Assembly (NCBI GenBank): GCA_047285535.1
Contig: JBJBDC010000001.1
Location: 1,760,136-1,824,135, forward strand
Direction of reading: 5' to 3'
Source of the DNA: Synechococcus sp.
Lineage (GTDB): Bacteria; Cyanobacteriota; Cyanobacteriia; PCC-6307; Cyanobiaceae
DNA length: 64,000 nt
Position numbers and translations under genes: made by a program. The notes below the pieces were generated by a model that saw only the letters and a list, made by a program, of their open reading frames with translations, was not told the DNA's origin and did not search any database. Positions 55,315 to 64,000 of the stretch are shown piece by piece (position 1 is the first letter of the stretch; every line of letters starts with the position of its first letter).

Positions 55315-56937
55315 GTGATGCATTCGGCCTCATTTGTGAACCCGAAGGTTGAGGATGAGACCACATCACTGCGAACAGGTCCTTTGCAAGATAACGGACG
55401 CTTGGGGCTTACGGCATGGCAATTGCCGTTTTTGCTTTGGTTCCTCACCCTGCTGATATGGCTCCCTTGGCTAGGCAACGTCCCACTACGCGATTGGGAT
55501 GAGGCTCTAGTAGCGGGAGTGGCTCGATCCACTACAACACAACCCGCATGGGAGTGGCTCCTGGCCATCAAGAACAGTGAGGCGATTTACCTCAACAAAC
55601 CGCCAGGCCTGCACTGGCTCATCGGTTCCTCCATCAAGCGATTTGGAGAAGAGGAATGGGCTGTTCGCCTCATTCCAACCCTGCTGTCCAGCCTGTCCGT
55701 ACCGCTCATCGTCTTGCTAAGACGTCAACTCAGGAATGGTCCTGGAAGCGAGCGCTCCGCGCTTTGTTCTGGCTTGATCCTGATGACTCTCTTACCAATG
55801 GCTCGCCATGGCCGATTGGCAATGCTGGACGGCACCCTGGTGAGCTGCAGTTTGCTGTTAATCATTGGCTGGCTCAGCAGCAAACGCACCCCTTGGCATG
55901 GACTCCTCGCCGGACTAGGGGGCAGCGGCATTTTGCTCCTCAAACCACCTGCCCTGCTTGGTTACCTGGCCATGATCGGGATTATCACCCTTTTAGACAG
56001 GCAACAACATCCCAGGAAGCCTTCGTCATTGCTCTGGGTCATGAGCGGCCTCATCCCAGGCCTTATCTGGCATCTCTGGCACTTCTGGCAACGAGGCAGC
56101 GACGCTCTCGTGATGTGGAGCAGCCAGGGTTTAGGACGGGTGACCGAAGTCGTCGGAGACAACAGTGGTGCCTGGGTCATGCCACTCACCGAGATTCTTG
56201 AAGGGGGCTGGCCCTGGATCCTTTTGCTGCCCAGCGGCGTGTATTGGGCATGGCGTCATCGCAAGACTCATACGGGGCTCTGGGAGTTAGGCCTCCTGCT
56301 GGGAAGCGCCTTGATGGTGCTGCCCTTACGCACCCAGCTGCCTTGGTACAGCCATCTTCTCTGGCCACCGATCGCCCTGCTGTGTGGAGAACGCCTGGCT
56401 GCCTTACTGCATGAGGGTCGGCCCCACTGGGTCTCGAAAGCCTGGCAATGGATCGGAGCACTCCTGCTGGCAGGAACCTTTGTCCTAGTGGCTGCGAAAA
56501 CCAGCAATGAGCTTCCGATCACAGCCTTTGTTGCTGCGGGCCTTGGCTTGCTCATTGGTGGCACTGGGGTTGCCGCAACAGAACAGAATCAACGCCGACG
56601 GGGTCTTGTTGTCCTCATTACAGGATGGAGCCTTGGGCTACTTGCCCTTTGGCATAGCAACCTATGGCTATGGGAATTAAATGAAATCTGGGACCCAAGG
56701 CCTGTTGCAGCACAGATCCGTTTGCTACCACAAGATGCAGTGGTGATGCTGGACGGTTCCACGCGCCCCTCACTCAATTGGTATGCAGAACGGCCCTTAA
56801 AAGAATTCAATACGAACCTCTCCAGCGAGTTTTGGCTTGTCAGCGAGCGTTCAAGAGAAGGCTGCAAGATCGTCAGCAAAGCCCCAGCAACGAATGGCTG
56901 GACGCTCTGGCACTGTGATTCCACTGACCAATCATGA
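55315..56937 (+). CDS. ArnT/GT39-like (GT-C) membrane glycosyltransferase
   Basis: LRDWDEA, YLNKPPGLHW, EEWAVRL, GRLAMLDG, LLKPP, TQLPWY. Confidence 0.85.
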   Translation: MMHSASFVNPKVEDETTSLRTGPLQDNGRLGLTAWQLPFLLWFLTLLIWLPWLGNVPLRDWDEALVAGVARSTTTQPAWEWLLAIKNSEAIYLNKPPGLHWLIGSSIKRFGEEEWAVRLIPTLLSSLSVPLIVLLRRQLRNGPGSERSALCSGLILMTLLPMARHGRLAMLDGTLVSCSLLLIIGWLSSKRTPWHGLLAGLGGSGILLLKPPALLGYLAMIGIITLLDRQQHPRKPSSLLWVMSGLIPGLIWHLWHFWQRGSDALVMWSSQGLGRVTEVVGDNSGAWVMPLTEILEGGWPWILLLPSGVYWAWRHRKTHTGLWELGLLLGSALMVLPLRTQLPWYSHLLWPPIALLCGERLAALLHEGRPHWVSKAWQWIGALLLAGTFVLVAAKTSNELPITAFVAAGLGLLIGGTGVAATEQNQRRRGLVVLITGWSLGLLALWHSNLWLWELNEIWDPRPVAAQIRLLPQDAVVMLDGSTRPSLNWYAERPLKEFNTNLSSEFWLVSERSREGCKIVSKAPATNGWTLWHCDSTDQS

Positions 56938-58355
56938 ACAGCACGCCTGCACCACGCCTCTGGTGGACGGCCCTTGGCTTGGCATTCCTGGGTTGGGGCG
57001 TCGCGGCTTCTCGCCATTGGCTGCTCCAAAGCAATGCGTATGACCTCGGCCTTTTTGACCAATGGGCCTGGCTCATCGGCAATGGACTACCACCCATCTC
57101 ATCGATGGAAAAGGTGCACGTCCTGGCGGATCACGGCGCCTGGGTGTTCTATGGATCCGGCCTTTTGTACAGGCTGTATCCCTCCATTCAATGGTTACTG
57201 GCAAGCCAGGCTCTCGCGCTAAGCCTGACGGCAATTCCGATTTGGATGCTGGCAGCGCAAGCCGGGCTTTCAATACGGCTCTGTTGGTTCAGTTGTCTGC
57301 TGTGGTGGCTCCAACCTTTGGTCTTCAATGTCAATCTGTTCGATTTCCATCCAGAGGTCTGGGTCATGCCAGGGCTAGCCCTCGCCATCTGGGCTCAACG
57401 CCAGCGAAGGCTGGGGTTATGGCTTTTTCTTCTGATCTTGATGCTGGGTTGTCGCGATGGCCTTGTGCTCATCACGCTTGGGCTCAGCCTGAGTTTGTTG
57501 ATTCAACGGCGATGGAGCTGGGCCATCGCTGGGACAGCGATCTCCGGAGCCTGGATGCTCCTTCTGAGTCAGTGGCTCTATCCGTTGTTACGCAATGGCG
57601 AGGGACCAAAAGCGGCGAGTCAGATGTTCCCTCATTTAGGGGACAACCTCGGCGACATCCTGTTCACACTCGTGAGCCGTCCATGGCTTGTTTTGACCCA
57701 CATTGACGGGGCCGGAGCTACTTTTTACCTCCTTCTCTTAATCCTTCCCACCCTTCCCTTCTGGAGAAGGCGCTCATTCGTGATTTTGAGTGCTGCGCTA
57801 CCGCTGCTGGTCGTGAATCTCAACGCAGAGGCCTCGTCTTATAGAACTCTGATCCATCACTACAGCCTGCCGGTTGCCGTACTGAGCGTATCGGCCGCTA
57901 TCGACGGGTTGGCCATCAAACCGAAACAGCCCTTCCCATGGAAGGGTGTTGCTTGGGTTGTGGCTTGCTGGATAGCGCTTGCCAAACCCTGGTTTTTTAC
58001 TGGTCCATATTTGAACAAAGTGGGCATGGTTGGCGACGTTAAACAGGCCATCTCAACGCTCAGTCCTCAAGACCGCGTCCTCACGACCAGCTATCTGGTC
58101 CCGCAGATCAGTCAGAGAAGACACATTGCCTTTGCCAAACAATCGCTCAGTCAGCAAGCCTTTGAAGATGGTTGGACTGTGTTCTTGCTGAATCCCAACC
58201 AACCGGGCTGGGGGTCGAACGGAAGCATCCAGATCGGTCTGCTCAATCAAGCAAAAGACAGGAATTGGACGTGTCAGAGCTGGAAGTCGGGCCTTGAGCT
58301 TTGCCGGCAAGCCGACGCAGCACCACAGCTCCTCCATCGCAATAACCCTGGGTAA
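56934..58355 (+). CDS. DUF2079-like membrane protein (predicted GT-C fold)
   Basis: AYDLGLFDQW, LADH, LFDFHPE, CRDG, HHYSLP; ATGA overlap with the upstream gene. Confidence 0.8.
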   Translation: MNSTPAPRLWWTALGLAFLGWGVAASRHWLLQSNAYDLGLFDQWAWLIGNGLPPISSMEKVHVLADHGAWVFYGSGLLYRLYPSIQWLLASQALALSLTAIPIWMLAAQAGLSIRLCWFSCLLWWLQPLVFNVNLFDFHPEVWVMPGLALAIWAQRQRRLGLWLFLLILMLGCRDGLVLITLGLSLSLLIQRRWSWAIAGTAISGAWMLLLSQWLYPLLRNGEGPKAASQMFPHLGDNLGDILFTLVSRPWLVLTHIDGAGATFYLLLLILPTLPFWRRRSFVILSAALPLLVVNLNAEASSYRTLIHHYSLPVAVLSVSAAIDGLAIKPKQPFPWKGVAWVVACWIALAKPWFFTGPYLNKVGMVGDVKQAISTLSPQDRVLTTSYLVPQISQRRHIAFAKQSLSQQAFEDGWTVFLLNPNQPGWGSNGSIQIGLLNQAKDRNWTCQSWKSGLELCRQADAAPQLLHRNNPG

Positions 58356-58457
58356 CGTCTCGCGAATCCAGAGATGAACAACTTCATGGGACCCAAACAC
58401 AGGATTCCCATCAATTAGGACAGTCGATCGTCCCTTCTTGAGTGTTGATCCAGCAAC

Positions 58458-60602
58458 TTAAGCCCCCCGAGAACGGACCTCCTCTAGGTAGCCCTGGTTT
58501 TTGAGTTCGTCCCAGCTGCCAGATTCCTGGATCATTCCGTTGCGCAGAACCAGAATCCGATCAGCATCACGGATCGTTGCCAGGCGATGAGCCACGCTAA
58601 TGCGGGTGATTCCTAGCCCCTCGACAGTGGAATTGATTCTCTGTTGCGATGTTGGATCAAGAGCACTAGTTGCCTCATCCATAATGAGCACACGTGGTTG
58701 ATGGATGAGAGCACGAGCGATGGCGATGCGCTGAGCCTGACCGCCCGAAACATTGCCACCACCATCACTCAGCAAAGTCTCTAGCTTCATCGGCATTGCC
58801 TCCACTTCTTCGTCAACGGAAGCAGAACGCAGCGCCTCCCAGACCTGCTCTTCACTGAGCACTAAGCCTCCCGAGACGACGTCGAAGATAGATCCAGAAT
58901 TCAGGTGCGCAGTCTGGAGTACAACGCCGAGCTGCCTTCGGTAATTGCGGATTGCAAGCTGGTTCAGGGGGATGCCATCCACTAGCAACTCGCCTCCTTG
59001 TGGTTCGACAAAACCGAGCAGCATCCGTACCAAGGTTGACTTGCCACAGCCGCTCGGGCCGGTAATCACAGTGTTTAGACCGGCTTCGATCTCAAAGCTG
59101 AGATTGCGGAAGATGGGTTCACTGGCTTGAGGGAAAGCATAAGTAATTTCGCGGAAGCGAAAATTTCCCTCAAGCTGATGATGCACCGCATCCGGTTCAT
59201 AGCCCTTTTCAACAGAGGCATAGAGAACAGGTTCAGCGCGTTGCCAGAGAACTGAGGCTCGGCCTGCCGTCGAGGCGATAAGGTTTGCTGCCTGGGTCAG
59301 CGAGGAATTGAACCCTGTGAAAGCGGCATTGAAGGAGATGAAGCTCACTAGAATGGCCGCGAACTGAATGCTGTCACCACTGGCCGAAAGCACTCGGCGT
59401 ATGACGATAGTGAACATCATCAGCGAAGCCAGGGGCGCAACCAATGTTCCGAAGACCTGAATCCCGTCGCCATAGAAATTGCTGCGCAATTGAAGCAGGG
59501 CGTACCGGTTCACTTCGCGCAACCAACGAAGCAGCACGAAGGGCTCTGCCGCAGCACTCCGGATCTGGGGAAGCCCCATCACAGCCTGGAGAGAAAAATT
59601 AGTGATCTCAGCACCACTCTCAAGAAGGGGGCGCTGCAGGCTGACATCACGAAGCGTGAGATAGAGCAGGCCGATCAGAGAGATGACGGTGAATGCAACC
59701 GCCCAGATCGCCAACTTGGAGTCATAGATGAACATGAGAATGAAATACCCCACGCCAAATACCGCGGACAGAAGCGTCGACAGCACACCATTTCCAAGCA
59801 ACTTCCGCAACTGATTGATCGCCTCAACTCTCGAGGAGAGATCGCCCGTGGTGTACCTGGAGACAAACGCCATCGGCAACCGCATTACCCGATCAAAGAC
59901 AGCCGTCTGTAAGCGGAGATCGGTGACACTCTCCAGACGAAGCATCATCAGCGTCTGCAGATATTGAGCGGCCGCAAGTCCTGCAACGACGACGAGAACG
60001 ATGACCAGCCCTTGGAGCAGCAAAGCTTTGTCGTTAGCAGGTAAAACCTTGTTTACAAGAAGGTTGGTGAAAATAGGAAGCGCAAGGTTGAAAGCCATCA
60101 CCGCCGCAGAAGCCAGCAAGAGCCCCCAGATCGCACTGGTTTGTGTGCGGAAGGCGAACCGGAAAACACTTAACGGCCCAGGGACCACTGACGGCAGCGA
60201 TGGATAGATCTCGAAGGCCTCGTTAGCCAAACAGGCGCCCTCAGGGACCTTCCAGCGAAGATCACGAATGGCGGAATAGAACCAGTTGCGACCATTTTCT
60301 CTGAATAACGCAAGCGGCTCACCAGATTCGGCATCTTGAACAATTAGCATTGGATACTCTCCAATCCAAGGCTGGCGAGGCGCCACGATCCTGCGATGGT
60401 GAATATCGTTATTGTCCAGTTGAACGTCTATGGGAGCATCGGCGATGAGCATCAGATGCTTAATGGGGGCTTGTAACCGTCGAAGACAAAATCCGATCAG
60501 CCGAAGATCACTCTGCGGAGAAACATTCTCATCGACGTCTAGGAGAAGATTCGTCTCTATCGAATGAGCTTCCTCGAGAGCATGCTGGCGGGATGAGGTC
60601 AT
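58458..60602 (-). CDS. NHLP/bacteriocin-type export ABC transporter, permease/ATPase subunit (no peptidase domain)
   Basis: TMD with LQTAVFDRVMRLP...YTTGDLSSR, Walker A GPSGCGKS, VSGGQ, IMDEATSALD. Confidence 0.85.
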   Translation of the reverse strand: MTSSRQHALEEAHSIETNLLLDVDENVSPQSDLRLIGFCLRRLQAPIKHLMLIADAPIDVQLDNNDIHHRRIVAPRQPWIGEYPMLIVQDAESGEPLALFRENGRNWFYSAIRDLRWKVPEGACLANEAFEIYPSLPSVVPGPLSVFRFAFRTQTSAIWGLLLASAAVMAFNLALPIFTNLLVNKVLPANDKALLLQGLVIVLVVVAGLAAAQYLQTLMMLRLESVTDLRLQTAVFDRVMRLPMAFVSRYTTGDLSSRVEAINQLRKLLGNGVLSTLLSAVFGVGYFILMFIYDSKLAIWAVAFTVISLIGLLYLTLRDVSLQRPLLESGAEITNFSLQAVMGLPQIRSAAAEPFVLLRWLREVNRYALLQLRSNFYGDGIQVFGTLVAPLASLMMFTIVIRRVLSASGDSIQFAAILVSFISFNAAFTGFNSSLTQAANLIASTAGRASVLWQRAEPVLYASVEKGYEPDAVHHQLEGNFRFREITYAFPQASEPIFRNLSFEIEAGLNTVITGPSGCGKSTLVRMLLGFVEPQGGELLVDGIPLNQLAIRNYRRQLGVVLQTAHLNSGSIFDVVSGGLVLSEEQVWEALRSASVDEEVEAMPMKLETLLSDGGGNVSGGQAQRIAIARALIHQPRVLIMDEATSALDPTSQQRINSTVEGLGITRISVAHRLATIRDADRILVLRNGMIQESGSWDELKNQGYLEEVRSRGA

Positions 60603-62830
60603 AACTCAACCTCAATTTGATCGCGTTGTTCAGCTGCAAGAAGTTTGCTGAAAGCACCGCCCGGATCCTCCAACAATTTCTGCGGATGTCCACACTGAAT
60701 GATCTGCCCTTGGGACATCACCAACACCTGATCACTAACCAGAGCCGCATCCAGTCGATGCGCCACGCTGACGACTGTGATCCCCTTTCGGCAGACGTTT
60801 TCGAGAACTCTTCGCTGCGTGAGGTTGTCAAGAGAACTAGTCGCCTCGTCGAGTAACAAGATCGCAGGCTGACGGATCAAAGCCCTGCAAAGCTCGAGCC
60901 GCTGTCGCTCTCCCCCACTCAGATCCCGACCATTATCCTCAAGCTGACGCAAGAATGCGTCTGGATGCCCGGTGATCATCTCCAAGAGCTGGGCAGCCTC
61001 TGCAGCCTGAACCAGATCATCTAGCTGATATTCGGGATTCCAAAGCGTGATGTTGTCCCAAATACTGGCATTTAAGACAAACACCTGCTGCGGGACATAA
61101 GCGATGCTGCTGCGTATTCTCTGATCGTTCCATCTATCCCAGATTTGACCATCAAAAAGCAACTCACCTTCGGTGGGAGGCACAAGGCCAGAGATCAGAC
61201 GAACCAGTGTGGTCTTACCAGACCCGCTTGGACCCACCAGAGCGACATGAGACCCGGCTGAAATCTCTAGATCAATTGGGGGGATAAAGGGCGGATCCAC
61301 AACATTGAACCCAAAACTGAGCCCCTTTAAAGTGATATTACCCCTTAGTTTCTCAGAAATTTCATTAGGCCTACCTTCAGCCCCAGGACGAACAACATCA
61401 AAGCTCTGAACATGGGAATCATTTTCAGAGCTTGTAAGGTCCAGCAAGCGCCCCAGATCTCCAATCAATCGCTGCACGGATGCACTCAACTGAGGCAATC
61501 CGTTGATTGGAGCCACGAGCTGGGCCTGCAGAAACTGAAAGGAGATCAGCACTCCAAGAGACAGCTTCCCAGCAATAATCAGCAGCCCTCCAATCGTGAG
61601 AACCAGAGATGACAGAAGCAAGGTGGCCGCGCTGGCACTGATCGTGGACCACGCCAGTTGGGCCCCTAGCAACTGGTTCTGCTCAACGACATTGCCGAAG
61701 TTTCCCTGCCACTGACTGAGAAAATCAAACTCGAGACCAGAAGCTTTCAGCGTCTCGATGTTATTGATACCTTGCAGTGCACGCCCTTGGGCCTTGCCCT
61801 GTTCGATCGCCAATCTGCGGTTCGCGTCGTAGCGATGCACAGTGAGCCACCAATTCAGGAGCAGATTCAACCCCAAAATCAACGCCACCAATAACGTGAG
61901 CCAAAAGGAGATCAGGGAGGTCACGATCATGATCAGCAACGCTGCCCAGCTACTAACAACAAAGCGCAGCAAATCAGCAACAACGATTTGAGTGGTGGTC
62001 ATGCCCAGGAGCATCCGTCCTGAAAGCTCACCATTCATGCGGACCTGAAAAAAAGCCCAAGGCACGGAAAACAGCTTTTCGAAAAGATCAGACGTCAGGC
62101 GTTTCGATAAAAGTAGTTCCATCCGTCTAAGCAACACGTACTGGAGGCTCAGTAATGTCAGCCACAACAAGATTGAGATGACCATTAACCAAACAATCGG
62201 GATGCCAAAATAAAGATGCTTATCCGTCAAAAAGTTGGAAATAAAGCTGGAAGTAAGACCAGCAATCATTAGGTTTGGTATGAGCAAGCCTGTCGCTACG
62301 GCAAATAATCGAATCAGTGGATTTCGATACGGAGCCAAAAGGGAAGGAAGCAGCCAAAGGGGAGAAGGATCCTCTCCCCCCTTTTGGAATTCCGGGCCGG
62401 GAGTGAACTCCAGCACGATGCCGGTGAATTTATCGAGAAACTCCTCCATCGGAATCCGGACACGACCCTGCATTGGATCACTGAGAAAAGCGTGACCGTC
62501 GTCGAAGCCCTCAACCACCAGAAAGTGATTAAATCCCCAAAAAACGATGCAAGGGAACTTGCCCTCCTCAATCAGCTGGGCTCCTGAACATTGATATCCC
62601 CTGGTTTTTAAGCCATAACTCTTGGCCGCTACCAATATGCTTTTCGCATTCGATCCATCACGATTAACGCCACACTCCTTACGGAGAATCGTCAATGGAA
62701 CGAGCCTGCCATGGTATCGGAGCACTGTGGCCAACGATGCAGCACCGCATTCAGCGGCTTCGTACTGAAGAACGGTCTTGGCCTTGACTCGCCTCCGCCG
62801 GTGGAACAGTTTCAAGGCACGAACTTTCAC
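60599..62830 (-). CDS. NHLP/bacteriocin-type export ABC transporter with C39 peptidase
   Basis: LQYEAAECGAASL (catalytic Cys), WGFNHFLVVEG (His), LSDP, NIETLKASG, GPSGSGKT, LSGGE, LLDEATS. Confidence 0.9.
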   Translation of the reverse strand: MKVRALKLFHRRRRVKAKTVLQYEAAECGAASLATVLRYHGRLVPLTILRKECGVNRDGSNAKSILVAAKSYGLKTRGYQCSGAQLIEEGKFPCIVFWGFNHFLVVEGFDDGHAFLSDPMQGRVRIPMEEFLDKFTGIVLEFTPGPEFQKGGEDPSPLWLLPSLLAPYRNPLIRLFAVATGLLIPNLMIAGLTSSFISNFLTDKHLYFGIPIVWLMVISILLWLTLLSLQYVLLRRMELLLSKRLTSDLFEKLFSVPWAFFQVRMNGELSGRMLLGMTTTQIVVADLLRFVVSSWAALLIMIVTSLISFWLTLLVALILGLNLLLNWWLTVHRYDANRRLAIEQGKAQGRALQGINNIETLKASGLEFDFLSQWQGNFGNVVEQNQLLGAQLAWSTISASAATLLLSSLVLTIGGLLIIAGKLSLGVLISFQFLQAQLVAPINGLPQLSASVQRLIGDLGRLLDLTSSENDSHVQSFDVVRPGAEGRPNEISEKLRGNITLKGLSFGFNVVDPPFIPPIDLEISAGSHVALVGPSGSGKTTLVRLISGLVPPTEGELLFDGQIWDRWNDQRIRSSIAYVPQQVFVLNASIWDNITLWNPEYQLDDLVQAAEAAQLLEMITGHPDAFLRQLEDNGRDLSGGERQRLELCRALIRQPAILLLDEATSSLDNLTQRRVLENVCRKGITVVSVAHRLDAALVSDQVLVMSQGQIIQCGHPQKLLEDPGGAFSKLLAAEQRDQIEVEL

Positions 62831-62839
62831 AGAATTAAC

Positions 62840-64000
62840 TTAATTGCCCCCAGCGGAAGGAACAATTTCCATGACTCCCTTCTTATTTTCAGGTGGAGTA
62901 AAGCCAAACCATCGACGCAGCCGTGGAATCACTAGAGCAATTGGTGCCACCCGTCTTGTTGTAATCGAGACCGTGAGCTCATCCGCAGGCTTTGGAGGGA
63001 AAGGCATGTCGCTATTGGAATTCCAGACATAGCCACCACGGTTCCCGCCTCGATCGTGACGGCTACGCTCCAGCTCAAGCACAGCCATGGTTGGACTTGG
63101 CTCGCGCTTTGTGATCACACTTGCCAAGCTTTGAACTCCGATACGAGACTGAACCTCCGCCTGGCTGCTGGGTAATTCCGAGACAGAAATGACCTTGCCG
63201 CGAATTCCACCCACCTCTGAACGCCTAAACCCAACCGGGGTGACCAGCACCTTCATCCCTTTACTTACTTGGGCCGCCTCTGCTGCTGAAAGAAACACTG
63301 GAACTCGCTTGGGCTCGTGAAGCTTCTTCCTACTGATTAGCATCAATTCATCGCCTCTCTTCACACCCGCACCATCGTTTGGCACTACCAAGCGAATAAA
63401 CAAATCGCTATCCGCGAAAAGCATCCCGTTGGAAATCGCCTGAGCCAAAGACTGCCTCAATTTGATGGACTCCTCGAGCAGCTCGGTCTCGAGCTTCACT
63501 AAGGTGTCATCAGTGGAGAAGAGTTGCGATTTCAGATTGTCTACTTGAGACTGCTCTGATAAAAGAGTGGGCTTGGTCACAAAGCCTTTCGCTACTAAAG
63601 ACTCCATCGACTTGAGGTAGTTCTCGCGTCTCTCGACGCCTAATTGCAAGTTGTGTTGTTTTTTCTCCAAAGTCGCTTTCTGAATCCGATTTTGACGCCC
63701 AATCGCCACTAATTCATCCACTTGTTTCTGAAGCGCCTCTCTCTCGCTGAGAGACCTGAGCCACATCAAAAGCTTCCCTTCTTGGTATTTGTGGTAGTCC
63801 GGTCCATAACCACGTCTCACATCTTTATCTGTAGGCGCCTGAGAGGGGGTGTAAGAACGAAGTATTTTCTGAGCCAGATCAAGCACCTGCTCATCAGTGA
63901 ACCGCTCAGGGTGTCGCTGAAAGGCAAGGGCTTCCTGCTCCCATGGGAAATCAGAATCGACAAACGCCCAATGCGCCACTCCGTCAACTCGCGCGCGAAG
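62840..64000 (-). CDS. NHLP bacteriocin system secretion protein (HlyD/MFP); 5' end lies beyond the window
   Basis: Coiled coil, GMKVLVTP...GGIRGKVISVSELP, GYVWNS, RRVAPIALVIP; the frame stays open to position 64000. Confidence 0.85.
   Translation of the reverse strand, partial: LRARVDGVAHWAFVDSDFPWEQEALAFQRHPERFTDEQVLDLAQKILRSYTPSQAPTDKDVRRGYGPDYHKYQEGKLLMWLRSLSEREALQKQVDELVAIGRQNRIQKATLEKKQHNLQLGVERRENYLKSMESLVAKGFVTKPTLLSEQSQVDNLKSQLFSTDDTLVKLETELLEESIKLRQSLAQAISNGMLFADSDLFIRLVVPNDGAGVKRGDELMLISRKKLHEPKRVPVFLSAAEAAQVSKGMKVLVTPVGFRRSEVGGIRGKVISVSELPSSQAEVQSRIGVQSLASVITKREPSPTMAVLELERSRHDRGGNRGGYVWNSNSDMPFPPKPADELTVSITTRRVAPIALVIPRLRRWFGFTPPENKKGVMEIVPSAGGN

Noticed and set aside
55260..55320. 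CGTTCA start resembling glutamine riboswitch (glnA/Downstream-peptide) motifs
   Set aside because: The downstream conserved elements I would expect (GGAACG or GACGGAAGUA) are missing; kept only as an unnamed structured element.
58356..58457. RiPP precursor next to the NHLP exporter
   Set aside because: The gap is about 100 bp with no Nif11/NHLP leader or double-glycine ORF; any precursors lie outside the window.

Overview
A 64-kb chromosomal window from a marine picocyanobacterium, most likely Synechococcus subcluster 5.1 (inferred from psbU, hli, ndhO, zds, Som-type porins, a cyanobacterial rRNA operon and gene order). About 1-48.9 kb is core genome: partial htrA/degQ, hrpB, hli, xseAB, a complete minus-strand rRNA operon (16S-tRNA-Ile-tRNA-Ala-23S-5S), tolC, uppP, psbU, nadB, VKOR, rimO, a B12-binding radical SAM gene, a possible pterin-related cluster, aroK, rbfA, hemD, zds, iscA, ndhO and cysK. 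About 45-64 kb is a cell-surface and export region. It holds two tandem SLH-domain porins with an apparently identical 509-bp 5' block (carrying a Yfr1 seed-match site) followed by unrelated loop sequences, four predicted GT-C-type membrane glycosyltransferases (two GT39/ArnT-like, two DUF2079-like) around the porins, a structured spacer with a possible antisense micro-ORF, and an NHLP/RiPP-type three-gene exporter that runs off the right edge. No CRISPR array, IS element or prophage gene was seen. Family names come from recognised motifs; no database search was run.
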